Positions 50,107 through 59,812 of a stretch of DNA of 64,000 nucleotides are shown piece after piece. Location of the stretch: positions 28,194 through 92,193 of IMG/VR virus record IMGVR_UViG_3300027754_004232; one strand, 5' to 3'. The position numbers and the translations under genes are program-made. Source of the stretch: a virus. Below the pieces are notes generated by a model. That model ran no database searches. It was not told the DNA's origin and saw only the letters and a program-made list of their open reading frames with translations. Position 1 is the stretch's first letter, and every line of letters begins with the position of its first letter.

Positions 50107-51153
50107 TTACTTACCTCCAGCATTCATTTGCATTTGAATATCCCTTATGGAGTCGGGCATATTTTCTTCTGCAAGAGTGCCATGTTTTTTTAGAGCTTGT
50201 GTTCTTTCTTTCTTAATCATCCTTGCATTCATGTCATTTAAAGATTCTATCTTCTTAGCATCTTCCTTGCTTTCTGCAATTATAAATATTTCTTTACTAT
50301 TTCTTATTTTATCATTTGATAGTAATCCATCTATTCCAGTTTCTATTCCTTTTTTAACCCTTTTCCTTCTTTGTAGAATTAACCATCCATCAAGCATGTC
50401 ATCGTCTTCTAAAACTTCTTCTGATGGAGATTCTGGATGCTCATATATATTATCATAGAGTGATGACCAAATGATAACGCTTTTTTGTTCTTCTGTTAAA
50501 TCTACAGCAGGAACGCCAAATAGATTATTCTCAGACTTTCTACATGACCATGTAGATCGCCAAGGATCTGTTCTGGCTATTTCTCTAAAATCAGAATCAG
50601 ATATTTTATTTTCAACAAATACTGAAGTGGCATCTTCTAAAAGTGGTTCTGTCTGCTTCCAAAATTCATCGCCTTCCCAAACTCTAGTTCCGTCTTCAAA
50701 CAAAAGCCCTTTACCAACTAAATACCTCATTTTATTCATGGAGGCAGTACCCTCACAGGATAAATGATTGTAGGTACTTTTTTCTCTGTATAATTCAGAG
50801 TATGATTCCTTTGCTATTTTAAGCATTTTTCTAATTAATTTTCGTTCTTCTGTTTTGAATGTGGCTTCAAATAATCTTACTTTTAATTCTTCAATATCCT
50901 TTGGCATTTGAACGATTTGTTTTTCTTTCTCATCATCCCATACATTGTTGCTATACATGAAGAATTCTAATTCTTCTTGATTGTATAGACCTTCTAATGC
51001 TGCTTCTTCAAATGATTCTATGAATATTTCTTGAGCGATGTGGCGAATGTGGCGATCTGGCTGTTTAAGCAAATAGACTTTTCCGTTGATTTTACAACGA
51101 AAAAATCCAGTAATAATTCTACTAATATATAATTCCTTCTTAAACTGTTCCAT
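50107..51153 (-). CDS. Putative tail assembly chaperone-like protein
   Basis: Directly follows the major tail gene. Acidic and helical, with a YEHPESP..EVLEDDDMLDGW motif. Confidence 0.5.
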   Translation of the reverse strand: MEQFKKELYISRIITGFFRCKINGKVYLLKQPDRHIRHIAQEIFIESFEEAALEGLYNQEELEFFMYSNNVWDDEKEKQIVQMPKDIEELKVRLFEATFKTEERKLIRKMLKIAKESYSELYREKSTYNHLSCEGTASMNKMRYLVGKGLLFEDGTRVWEGDEFWKQTEPLLEDATSVFVENKISDSDFREIARTDPWRSTWSCRKSENNLFGVPAVDLTEEQKSVIIWSSLYDNIYEHPESPSEEVLEDDDMLDGWLILQRRKRVKKGIETGIDGLLSNDKIRNSKEIFIIAESKEDAKKIESLNDMNARMIKKERTQALKKHGTLAEENMPDSIRDIQMQMNAGGK

Positions 51154-51165
51154 CCTATATTCCTA

Positions 51166-51197
51166 AAAATAAGGGGCAACAGGTTCCCCTGCTGCCC
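51166..51197 (-). terminator. Intrinsic terminator after the major tail protein gene
   Basis: Minus strand GGGCAGCAGG-GGAA-CCTGTTGCCC followed by CTTATTTTT. Confidence 0.8.
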
Positions 51198-51217
51198 ACA
51201 TATTTATTTACAAACTA

Positions 51218-52312
51218 TTATAGATCAGCAGTGCTTCGTAAAGCAGATGTAGGATCTACTGGATGCTTAATAGTAAAGTCATTGAAGGTTTTGAATGAGT
51301 AAGTAACAGTTGCGTTATTGCCATCAACACCACCACCTTGGTAATTACAAGATTGCATCTTGTTTTTTGTACCAAGATCAATAACAGTACCTTCGGTAAG
51401 AACTAACTTAATTGTCTGATCTTTCAAGTTGTTACCATTGTAACTGTTAAGTGCAGAACCACTTTCGGTTACTTCAATTTCATCTCCACCCTTTGCCAAT
51501 ACTTCAAATTCAGCAGTAACTTCTACTGGGAATTTGGTATATCGGAAGTAAGGTGCTTTTCGACCCAATTCAAGAATCTGTTCACGACCAAGGGTCGCAG
51601 AAGCAGAAGTAGATTGGAAAGATGTATTAAAGCAATTTAAAGTAGCATTAACAGTATTTTTACCAGAAGCATCAATACCAGGAATCTGAGTTGGGAAAAG
51701 TGATTTGCTCATATTAAGATGCTGTCTTTGAGCAATACCAGAGGCAGACCTTTGAGCACTATAATTAGTTGCTTCATCATATGGGTCAGCATCCCAAGCA
51801 GGACTAACACTATCTGCTGGCTGGAAGTTTGGTGTCCACTTACCAGTAGAACCAGTATTCCAAACTTTATTGTTTGCAACCATAGTTACTGATTCAGTAG
51901 CATTTCCATCAATGCCAATTTTGTAAGAAACTTGACTTACAAAACAACCAGAAACAACGCAAGTAGAACTTGGAACTCCAGAAGCAGCTTCTTGAGTATC
52001 ATCAGTAATAGAAAGAGCAAGAATTGCTTTCTTATTAGATCGACCAACCAAAGTTGCACTAGAAGCACCTTGAGTTCCGAGATGGTACAACAATGGAAAT
52101 CCATCGAGCACCTTTTCAAGTGTAACTTCTACATCTGCAACACCTTCAATGTTTTCATAGATTGAAATCATGCCGATTTCAAAAACTTGTTGAAGATTAA
52201 AAGTGGTGTTAATACCAACAGATTGAAGACCACGAACTTCTTGATAAGAAGAAGATCCATCTGCTGCAATGCCTACTGCTTGACAAGCGTAAAATATTCT
52301 TCGATTTGCCAT
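51218..52312 (-). CDS. Major tail (tube) protein
   Basis: Beta-rich ~364-aa protein upstream of chaperones and TMP, with its own promoter-like motif, strong Shine-Dalgarno and a downstream terminator, as expected for a high-copy protein. Two related halves (QVFEIG / QILELG). Confidence 0.7.
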   Translation of the reverse strand: MANRRIFYACQAVGIAADGSSSYQEVRGLQSVGINTTFNLQQVFEIGMISIYENIEGVADVEVTLEKVLDGFPLLYHLGTQGASSATLVGRSNKKAILALSITDDTQEAASGVPSSTCVVSGCFVSQVSYKIGIDGNATESVTMVANNKVWNTGSTGKWTPNFQPADSVSPAWDADPYDEATNYSAQRSASGIAQRQHLNMSKSLFPTQIPGIDASGKNTVNATLNCFNTSFQSTSASATLGREQILELGRKAPYFRYTKFPVEVTAEFEVLAKGGDEIEVTESGSALNSYNGNNLKDQTIKLVLTEGTVIDLGTKNKMQSCNYQGGGVDGNNATVTYSFKTFNDFTIKHPVDPTSALRSTADL

Positions 52313-52363
52313 GTTTAAAATCTCCCATATTAAATTCTGTCCAAAAATCAACCCTCATTTAAT

Positions 52364-52372
52364 TAATACACC
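52364..52372 (-). promoter_or_regulatory. Candidate late-promoter motif GGTGTATTA
   Basis: Exact 9-mer in the intergenic gap upstream of the major tail gene. Confidence 0.55.
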
Positions 52373-52375
52373 AAT

Positions 52376-53332
52376 TTAAAGAGAATCTATTGAGAAAGTA
52401 ACTCTTATACTAGATCTATACATAGGTGGGGCAGCAATCTGCTCTTGAGATCTAATTTTATCAAAAGATATTAACTTCCATTGATAATTAGTTGTTATAT
52501 CCCCATAATTTAATCCAGATGGTGCTATTTGCCCATCATATGTAAGTGGGTATTTTTGATCGGCTAAAAGTTTTGTCTTATCTATGCCCCAAAACCTTTT
52601 TTCCCATTGATTAACAATAATGTCATGAACTTGCCTTCTATCCCAAGGCGTTTCTGCAAAAACATGCATTAATATATCTTGTTTGTGAACCCTATTTATA
52701 GCCCCTATCTCATAAGGTGTCATACTTACAGATGGCAATGTTTCTAAAACTATAGCAGGAAGCTGTATTCTATTTAGCGAAAGAACATCCCAAGCACCAG
52801 ACCCCTTAGACGAAAATTGAACATCGTCAACTCTAAAACTGTCATATTGTATGGTTTGAAACCAAGGTATGTCAGCAGATACAATCTTTACATTCCTATA
52901 AGAATGTTCACATTTAACTATACTGGTTGTAGCTATTGGGGAATTAAAAATAATTTTTCCTTCGGGATAATTTATCTTATATCCAGAAGGTCCAGATGTG
53001 TTTTTAGGTATAAAAGATGTGTTTACATATATACCACTAATGCTTATAGGCTGGTGACTATATTCAACTCCAGACTCCCACACCCAATCTGATCTAGCAC
53101 CTTCCCAAACAGAACCATTTGCATATCTAGGATCTCTAGAAAGCCTCATCTTATAAGATGGCAAAGAATGTGAGCCAACTCCTGTGGGATAAACACCTGT
53201 TGGAACATAAATATTTGTAAAAGCACCAGCACATAAGAATCCATTTTGCATAAACAAATGAACAGATGTTTCAAGAAGATCCGAAAATAATGGGTCACCA
53301 TAATTAGAAACGCCATGAAATTTAATGCTCAT
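52376..53332 (-). CDS. Putative tail terminator / completion protein
   Basis: Just upstream of the tail tube gene. IQLPAIVLE motif resembles tail-terminator folds. Confidence 0.5.
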   Translation of the reverse strand: MSIKFHGVSNYGDPLFSDLLETSVHLFMQNGFLCAGAFTNIYVPTGVYPTGVGSHSLPSYKMRLSRDPRYANGSVWEGARSDWVWESGVEYSHQPISISGIYVNTSFIPKNTSGPSGYKINYPEGKIIFNSPIATTSIVKCEHSYRNVKIVSADIPWFQTIQYDSFRVDDVQFSSKGSGAWDVLSLNRIQLPAIVLETLPSVSMTPYEIGAINRVHKQDILMHVFAETPWDRRQVHDIIVNQWEKRFWGIDKTKLLADQKYPLTYDGQIAPSGLNYGDITTNYQWKLISFDKIRSQEQIAAPPMYRSSIRVTFSIDSL

Positions 53333-53985
53333 CTTAATAAATCCTCTAATCCTTTTTGTAACTTTTCGAGCATGTCTATTTCTGTCGCAATCAACGCCCT
53401 AGTTATCCAGTTGTCATCTATTGTTCCAGAATGATTTGGGTCTACTCTAAATCCTTTTGACATTTTTGGCGAAACCATTAGTGCGTAACCGCTTCTTGAA
53501 CCCTTTAAGGGCGTACCCTTTTCTTTCATTACTTGATAATCAGCAATAACTATAGTATCACCAGCAGTTAGTAGCCATCTTAGCCAATCTACAGTATTTC
53601 CATTTGAATCATAAGCCCCAAAACCTTTATCTAATAAAAATTCTATACCACCCTTCAATAATTGTAATCTAATCCCGCCTAAACTTGCTGAAGTTGATCC
53701 AAGTTTTGTAAGCTCAATTGATCCAGATACTGCCTTTACTACTCTCTCTCCAACATTTTCTCCTGCCCTAAAACCAAAATCTCTTCTTAGCTCTCCAATA
53801 TCTAAAGAATAGTAAGTATCATTTGGCCCTTTCCTTAATTTTTCTTCAACATAAGCAACAAGACCTGACCTTATTTTTCTAATTAGCTGGCTTATTGTTC
53901 GATCAAGAATTGCTTTTATTTCTGATGTTGCAGCTATTGAGAATTGTTGTTGATCAAGCTTGACATCGTATTTAAAAGAAGCCAT
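53329..53985 (-). CDS. Putative neck / tail completion protein
   Basis: Gene order in the head-tail joining region. Basic protein with C-terminal GT..DNWITRA. Confidence 0.45.
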   Translation of the reverse strand: MASFKYDVKLDQQQFSIAATSEIKAILDRTISQLIRKIRSGLVAYVEEKLRKGPNDTYYSLDIGELRRDFGFRAGENVGERVVKAVSGSIELTKLGSTSASLGGIRLQLLKGGIEFLLDKGFGAYDSNGNTVDWLRWLLTAGDTIVIADYQVMKEKGTPLKGSRSGYALMVSPKMSKGFRVDPNHSGTIDDNWITRALIATEIDMLEKLQKGLEDLLR

Positions 53986-53987
53986 AT

Positions 53988-54509
53988 TTAAGCTCCTATT
54001 CTATTCCATATAGCAACCCAATATCTGTTTTGCACTATGTTTCCTTGATCAATAGGCTCGCCAGCGAGTTCATATGTATATCTGATCATTGGCTCTAAAC
54101 TTATTTGCATAATCATTTTTCTTGACTGCAAAACATTCGCCAAATCTTTTATATATCCCTTAGTTTGAATTGTTCCCGCTGGATGATGTATATTTGCTGG
54201 AATTTTAACAAACCAATCAGAAGGGCTATTTGATATTAAAAGTTTTATTGGAATTGTTATCTCTGAAAAATGATAGCCCCTACCATCACACAAAGGACAA
54301 ATGCTGCCATTTGGAAAAGGCATAGGGCCACCGCTAGTCCAATGATTTGATGACTTATTTCCAATTGGATCTATAACGCAGTTAACACAAGCACTTGGAA
54401 GTGGAGGATAAACCAATAGGCAATCCTTGCCCAATTGATCTATTAGGTCATCTATAGCATCTTGAGCTATTTTTTTAACATCATCAGATAATGTGAATAA
54501 TTTGCCCAT
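53988..54509 (-). CDS. Putative head-closure protein with Zn-finger insertion
   Basis: CVNC...CPLC.GRG and gene order. Confidence 0.45.
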   Translation of the reverse strand: MGKLFTLSDDVKKIAQDAIDDLIDQLGKDCLLVYPPLPSACVNCVIDPIGNKSSNHWTSGGPMPFPNGSICPLCDGRGYHFSEITIPIKLLISNSPSDWFVKIPANIHHPAGTIQTKGYIKDLANVLQSRKMIMQISLEPMIRYTYELAGEPIDQGNIVQNRYWVAIWNRIGA

Positions 54510-54515
54510 AATGTA

Positions 54516-54524
54516 TAATACACC
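54516..54524 (-). promoter_or_regulatory. Candidate late-promoter motif GGTGTATTA
   Basis: Exact 9-mer a few bases upstream of the ATG at 54509. Confidence 0.5.
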
Positions 54525-54540
54525 ACTGATAATTATACAA

Positions 54541-56340
54541 TTAAAGCTTCTTTAAAATTAAATAATCATCTGAAGACTTAATTACACTGAGTTTTTCTGA
54601 TTTTTTATAAATATCTAGAATTTGTTGATCTGCTTTCACTATAATCAAACAATCATTAGACCTTAAAAATGTTTCTTGTTTTATCAATGAGAAATCAATA
54701 AGTTCTTGAGATAGCCCTTTATAATTAATTAATAGAGTTCTAAGATTATCTTCTGGTGCTTGGAAATCATCTTCTTTATCTGTAAGAATAAAGTTTTCAT
54801 AACTAAAATTCTTTATATTTGTTTGCAATTGTTCTTTAGATTGATTTTTATATTCATCTACTCTAACTACCCCAAGACCCTTTTGGCAGAGAGCGAGAGT
54901 GGTTTGTAAACCTTCTGAGCTTATATCTAAACAATATGAGTTGCTTGCTGCCCAAACAATTTCTCTTACTGCTTCAACTGAAAGCCCACCATCAACATTA
55001 GGTAGAGGAACATATTGCATTCTAAGTCTGAGAATATTTTCTTCAAATGTGTAAAGAAAAGGAATAATATTTTCTTTTTCACAAATATAAGAGAACTCTG
55101 CACCTTCTTTATAATCATCTAAAACTTTTTGTGCAAAATCTTTACTTACAAAATATAAAGGTGCATCATCTAGTTCATCAACATCAGCAATTTTATAAGA
55201 AAGTTGAGAATGTTTTGTCTTTAAAGATGATTTGTTTATCTGATCAAATATAGTTATCTTTGCTTGACCTGTTTTAATTAGTGGCCAAAAATCAATCATT
55301 ATATTTATATTTTTTTCTAGTCTTAAATTGCCCTTACATATTAACGCATAGTCATTTCCTTCTGCGATAAATTTTTCTAATACAGATTTTAGATTTGCAC
55401 CCAACATATATTCTTTTTCTTTAGTCCATTTAATTTTTTTAAATGATTCTTCAGTAGTTACACTTTCTCTTCCAATAACATAAGCTTTAACTTTGATGGC
55501 ATTTTTTTCTGAAGAGTTTATTGGGGTAGGATTACCAATAATTTTAGATGAATCAGCAATAGCTTTAAATAGCTCTTCTTGTGTTACTTTGCTAGTAAAA
55601 TAATTAATTACTTCCCTATGATTCCAACCAATTTCTGTCCAACCAACAATATAATTAAAGATTCTATCTACAACAGATAGTGGGTACGGAACACCTTTTG
55701 GTCTGCCAAATCTATGTATCCATTTTAAAAATGTAAGACAAACTGTTTTTCCACCATTCTGTCTAACCTTTTCTTGTATATAGCCTTCTTCGCCACCAAA
55801 TCCACGAAAACTCTTATTGAATCCTGGCCAAGCATCTTTCCTCATGCAAAAAATGCCTAGACCTTGCATTGGAATTTCAAATTCTTCTTCTGAAATAGCT
55901 CTAGGATCATTCCCCCAAGTTCCATACATATGACCTCTCCAGCCTGGGTCAAAATGCGTAGATGTGCTTTTTTGATCATCATAAAGAAGTGGACCTTGAA
56001 TTAAATTCTTTGTGTTTTCATTTTGCTTTAAGTATTCTTTAAGCTTCTGAATAGAGTCTTTTGTAAAAATAATATGGCAATCAATACACATTACAAATTT
56101 GCCAGTTGCCATTTCAAAAACATGATTTCTAGATTGAGATGTTCCAGCTTTTTCTGGAGCGTGTATATACTTAGCACCAACACTTCCACATGTTGCCTTA
56201 GTATCTTCACAAGATTTCGGCTTTGTATCTATTACTAAAAGTTCTACATCTTCTAGATTGTGAAAAGCTTTTAGTGCTTGAAGTGTAAAATAAACACCAT
56301 CGAAATCATCATATGTAGCCATACCAATGGTTAATAACAT
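54541..56340 (-). CDS. GT2-family glycosyltransferase with extra C-terminal domains, inside the morphogenesis block
   Basis: LTIGMATYDD, LLVID, SRN, CIDCH (DxH), FRGFGGEEGY. Confidence 0.8.
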   Translation of the reverse strand: MLLTIGMATYDDFDGVYFTLQALKAFHNLEDVELLVIDTKPKSCEDTKATCGSVGAKYIHAPEKAGTSQSRNHVFEMATGKFVMCIDCHIIFTKDSIQKLKEYLKQNENTKNLIQGPLLYDDQKSTSTHFDPGWRGHMYGTWGNDPRAISEEEFEIPMQGLGIFCMRKDAWPGFNKSFRGFGGEEGYIQEKVRQNGGKTVCLTFLKWIHRFGRPKGVPYPLSVVDRIFNYIVGWTEIGWNHREVINYFTSKVTQEELFKAIADSSKIIGNPTPINSSEKNAIKVKAYVIGRESVTTEESFKKIKWTKEKEYMLGANLKSVLEKFIAEGNDYALICKGNLRLEKNINIMIDFWPLIKTGQAKITIFDQINKSSLKTKHSQLSYKIADVDELDDAPLYFVSKDFAQKVLDDYKEGAEFSYICEKENIIPFLYTFEENILRLRMQYVPLPNVDGGLSVEAVREIVWAASNSYCLDISSEGLQTTLALCQKGLGVVRVDEYKNQSKEQLQTNIKNFSYENFILTDKEDDFQAPEDNLRTLLINYKGLSQELIDFSLIKQETFLRSNDCLIIVKADQQILDIYKKSEKLSVIKSSDDYLILKKL

Positions 56341-56370
56341 AAATCCTCCTTTAGCTTCCTAAAACTTAAA

Positions 56371-56829
56371 TTAAGCCTGTTTTGCAACAAACAAACCAGA
56401 TAGCTCAACCGAATAAACATTGACCGCATCCAATGGAACAAACCCATTCTCAAATACTAGTTCTTGACTTGCTGACAAATTATATGATGTAGTTGTATCA
56501 GCAGCTTGACCAAAATTCAAGTGCATAATTCCAGTAGAGTTGTTTTTAAAGTAAAAATAATTTCTTGATGGTTTTGAAGCAAATACTTGTTGGCTAATTC
56601 CTGTTGCAGCAATAGCACTAGAGCCATCTTCAAGACTGTCGCTCATGCTAGTATCTACATTATAATAACCAAAGTTTCTTCCTATATTTATTGATGCAAT
56701 ATCATTGAATGTCCTCACATCAACCCTATTGTAATTAATTACTTCTCCAGTAGGATGACCTTCAGTTGGTTGAATAGTTGAAGATCCAATTTTAATCGTA
56801 CCGCCATTAATTATATGATGAGTTGCCAT
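56371..56829 (-). CDS. Hypothetical virion protein
   Basis: C-terminal SRNYFYFKNNS...LNFG small beta-sandwich. GGAG Shine-Dalgarno. Confidence 0.5.
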   Translation of the reverse strand: MATHHIINGGTIKIGSSTIQPTEGHPTGEVINYNRVDVRTFNDIASINIGRNFGYYNVDTSMSDSLEDGSSAIAATGISQQVFASKPSRNYFYFKNNSTGIMHLNFGQAADTTTSYNLSASQELVFENGFVPLDAVNVYSVELSGLFVAKQA

Positions 56830-56840
56830 CTAACTACTCC

Positions 56841-57371
56841 TTATCTTGAGAAAAATGTTCTGCCTTCGTTGCCATTATAATAAGCCTGATCTCTAGAACC
56901 AGCAAACAGCCTAAACGGACTCATTATAGCAGCACCAGCCGTTAATCCAACTCTTGCTGTTTGATATTCTAGTTTAACTTCTTCGTAAACATAACACCAA
57001 CCTTTTTCTAGCAATTTCATTCTACCATCCATAGTTCCACGCAAGTCAATAGAAGAACTACCATCTCTAATAGCAATTCCTTGACCAACAGCCCTTCTTG
57101 TCTCGCCACGCTCTATTAAACATGCTGATTTTATGGTCACTAAATTTATAAAATTATCATCTCTAGTAGTCGCCCTATCTACTGGACTAGGCTCAATCGT
57201 GAGTGCTTGAATATCAACTTGAAAATTATTTGCAAATCTTAATTCTGAAGTAACTAATTGAGCAGCAACAGCAATTACTTGCGTAAGTCGTTTATCTGTA
57301 TAGAGTTGTGGAGAAACTAAATCGTCTAGTAAAACTCTCAATAATGTTATGAATTCTGCTTGCCAGTACAT
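56841..57371 (-). CDS. Putative head-tail adaptor
   Basis: LRVLLDD....YTD.RL helical N-terminus typical of adaptor proteins, and gene order. Confidence 0.55.
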   Translation of the reverse strand: MYWQAEFITLLRVLLDDLVSPQLYTDKRLTQVIAVAAQLVTSELRFANNFQVDIQALTIEPSPVDRATTRDDNFINLVTIKSACLIERGETRRAVGQGIAIRDGSSSIDLRGTMDGRMKLLEKGWCYVYEEVKLEYQTARVGLTAGAAIMSPFRLFAGSRDQAYYNGNEGRTFFSR

Positions 57372-57406
57372 AATAACCTCTATGGTTAGAGTATTGTTTC
57401 AATTAA

Positions 57407-57415
57407 TAATACACC
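57407..57415 (-). promoter_or_regulatory. Candidate late-promoter motif GGTGTATTA
   Basis: Exact 9-mer in the intergenic gap upstream of the ATG at 57371. Confidence 0.55.
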
Positions 57416-57420
57416 ATATT

Positions 57421-59811
57421 TTAATCGGTAAATGGTGGCACTATAACTATATTGCCAACAGACAGTGTAATTATATGGGTATTAGATAAGGTAGATCTAA
57501 ATTCATATGACCACCTTCCTGCCCCAATTTGTGCTAATTCTTCATTGCTAAGTTCAACTCTTAAAGATGTTCCATTAAGTAGTTGTGCTCGTTTAATAAA
57601 TGTTGGTCTAGAATCAATCATAAAGTCTGTAGTAGAACCAGTTAGGTTTGGCCAATCAACAGAAGTTATATCTATCGATCTTGATTCTTGAATTAAATAA
57701 TCATCTGTAAGTCTTAGTTCTATAGGGTCTGCTGGATTAATCGGTATTGGATTTGTTAATGATGGAACTCCTACTCCAGAAGTGGCACATCTTGTGCTTA
57801 CTTTTACATCTACATTTTCATATTCTTCTGAATTAATTGCGGTAACACCTAAAAGTTCAGACCCACAATAAAATTTAATAGCACCTCTAAATGATGTTGG
57901 TATTATTCCAGTAAATAAATAATTGCCATTTGTTAAATTTGCAAATCCTGTTGAGTGTGAAACACCATAATTTGTTCCATCACCATTTATTAATTGTGCA
58001 TACATATAACTACAGTTTTCATATTTTTTGCCCAAAGAAAGACTAACCCCTAAAGTAAATCCTTCTGATGAACTAGGATTTGAATTAGATGTAAATACAG
58101 CTATTTCATAACCAAGGTATTCTATTGCTGTGGTAATAGAAATTTGTTCGCTAACAGATTCTGGAGATCCATGAGAAATAGCCCTAATATAATATGTTGT
58201 TCCTGGATTTAAATTTGAAATAGTAACACTATGACTTGTTACTAAATTAGAATCTTCAACTGTAGAATTTGCATAACCATAATTTGGTTCTGATCCTAAT
58301 GTTGTGCGAGAAGTAGTGTCATAAATAATACGACTGGTTGAAGGAGTATTTGTTTGCCAAGTAATTTGTACTTGACTGTTGTTTATAAAAACATAGTTCA
58401 ATAAAGAAATTGTTGGGCCTACTGGGGTAGGAGTAGGTGTTGGAGTAGGCGTTGGTGTCGGTGTCGGTGTCGGTGTAGGCGTTGGGGTAGGTGTTGGTGT
58501 TGGAGTCGGTGTAGGCGTAGGTGTTGGGGTAGGTGTTGGGGTAGGTGTTGGTGTTGGCGTTGGAGTCGGTGTTGGGGTAGGTGTTGGAGTCGGTGTTGGA
58601 GTCGGTGTTGGGGTTGGAGTAGGAGTAGGGGTTGGAGTAGGCGTTGGAGTAGGCGTTGGAGTCGGTGTTGGGGTTGGAGTTGGAGTAGGGGTTGGAGTTG
58701 GAGTAGGCGTTGGAGTAGGCGTTGGAGTTGGAGTAGGGGTTGGAGTTGGAGTAGGCGTTGGAGTAGGCGTTGGAGTAGGGGTTGGAGTTGGAGTAGGCGT
58801 TGGAGTAGGCGTTGGAGTAGGCGTTGGAGTCGGGGTAGGTGTTGGCGTTGGGGCAGTGTAACAATTTTCTCTATTAAAAACTGTAACATTAGAACTTTCG
58901 TAATTTGTTACATATAAATTTTCTCCATCCAATGGCATTGCAATACCATAAGGATTAATCCCGCCAGTTAATACAGTATCAATTAAATAAATCATTCCAT
59001 CTAAAGAATTTATTGTAAATATAGAAACACTATTGCCAATAAAATTAGTCACATAAAGATTTCTATTGTCTGAAGAAATCAAAATATTTTTTGGTTTTAA
59101 TCCACAGTTTACATCTCTAAAATGAAGCAATGCACCTGTCGATGGATTTCTTGAAAAAATTGAAACTGTATTGTCATATGAGTTAAGGCAATAAAGAACT
59201 CTTCCATCTAATGAAACAACCATTCCTAGCGGTTCATTTCCAGTTGCTATTTTTGTTGAACCAGAAAGAACTCCTGTTGATGACCTTCTAAATATTGAAA
59301 TGCTATTGCTTTTAAAATTTGAAACATAAACATTTTTTTGATCTGAAGAAAAACAAATTTCGTTTGGTTCAAGTTCAGTAGCCGTACTATTTACTATAGT
59401 TAATAAACCAGTAGAAATACTTCTTGTATAAGAAGAAACAGTATTTTGATCTTTATTTACAAGATAAATATTTGTGTCATTTAAAGAAATTATAATTTTA
59501 GTTGGGTTAGATCCTGATGATGGAATTGTTGCTGCTATACTTAAGGAACCATTTAAAGTATTTCTGTCAAAGATTGAAACTGTTCCAGAAGAATAGTTTG
59601 TTGCATAAACATTTTTACCATCATTTGAAATACATACTTCGTAAGGATTGACTTCTGTGGGAATTACTGCATCAGAAGTAAGAACTCCAGAAGTAGTGTT
59701 TCTACTATAGATCGAGAGTGTGTTTGAATTAAAGTTTGCTACATAAGCATTTTTGCCATCACTAGATAAACACAATCCTTTTGGATTTAATTCGCTTGCT
59801 ATAATTATCAT
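57421..59811 (-). CDS. Surface protein: YVTN/lactonase-type beta-propeller, (PT)n stalk, FN3-like domain, C-terminal domain
   Basis: About seven P...S.DG.N.YV.N...N.VS.F blades, ~70 PT units, then a W.T....SRI.Y...H.VT...L.P.T.YY FN3-like motif. Confidence 0.8.
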   Translation of the reverse strand: MIIIASELNPKGLCLSSDGKNAYVANFNSNTLSIYSRNTTSGVLTSDAVIPTEVNPYEVCISNDGKNVYATNYSSGTVSIFDRNTLNGSLSIAATIPSSGSNPTKIIISLNDTNIYLVNKDQNTVSSYTRSISTGLLTIVNSTATELEPNEICFSSDQKNVYVSNFKSNSISIFRRSSTGVLSGSTKIATGNEPLGMVVSLDGRVLYCLNSYDNTVSIFSRNPSTGALLHFRDVNCGLKPKNILISSDNRNLYVTNFIGNSVSIFTINSLDGMIYLIDTVLTGGINPYGIAMPLDGENLYVTNYESSNVTVFNRENCYTAPTPTPTPTPTPTPTPTPTPTPTPTPTPTPTPTPTPTPTPTPTPTPTPTPTPTPTPTPTPTPTPTPTPTPTPTPTPTPTPTPTPTPTPTPTPTPTPTPTPTPTPTPTPTPTPTPTPTPTPTPTPTPTPTPTPTPTPTPTPTPTPVGPTISLLNYVFINNSQVQITWQTNTPSTSRIIYDTTSRTTLGSEPNYGYANSTVEDSNLVTSHSVTISNLNPGTTYYIRAISHGSPESVSEQISITTAIEYLGYEIAVFTSNSNPSSSEGFTLGVSLSLGKKYENCSYMYAQLINGDGTNYGVSHSTGFANLTNGNYLFTGIIPTSFRGAIKFYCGSELLGVTAINSEEYENVDVKVSTRCATSGVGVPSLTNPIPINPADPIELRLTDDYLIQESRSIDITSVDWPNLTGSTTDFMIDSRPTFIKRAQLLNGTSLRVELSNEELAQIGAGRWSYEFRSTLSNTHIITLSVGNIVIVPPFTD
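58422..58851 (-). repeat. 6-bp-period coding repeat, (Pro-Thr) ~70 times
   Basis: Plus-strand ggNgtN hexamers with synonymous variation. Confidence 0.95.
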
Positions 59812-59812
59812 T

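Noticed and set aside
58319-58889. Alternative-frame ORFs (NAYSNS and LQRLLQ repeats) and a possible CRISPR-like array
   Set aside because: These are shadow frames of the (Pro-Thr)n coding repeat. There is no repeat-spacer structure.
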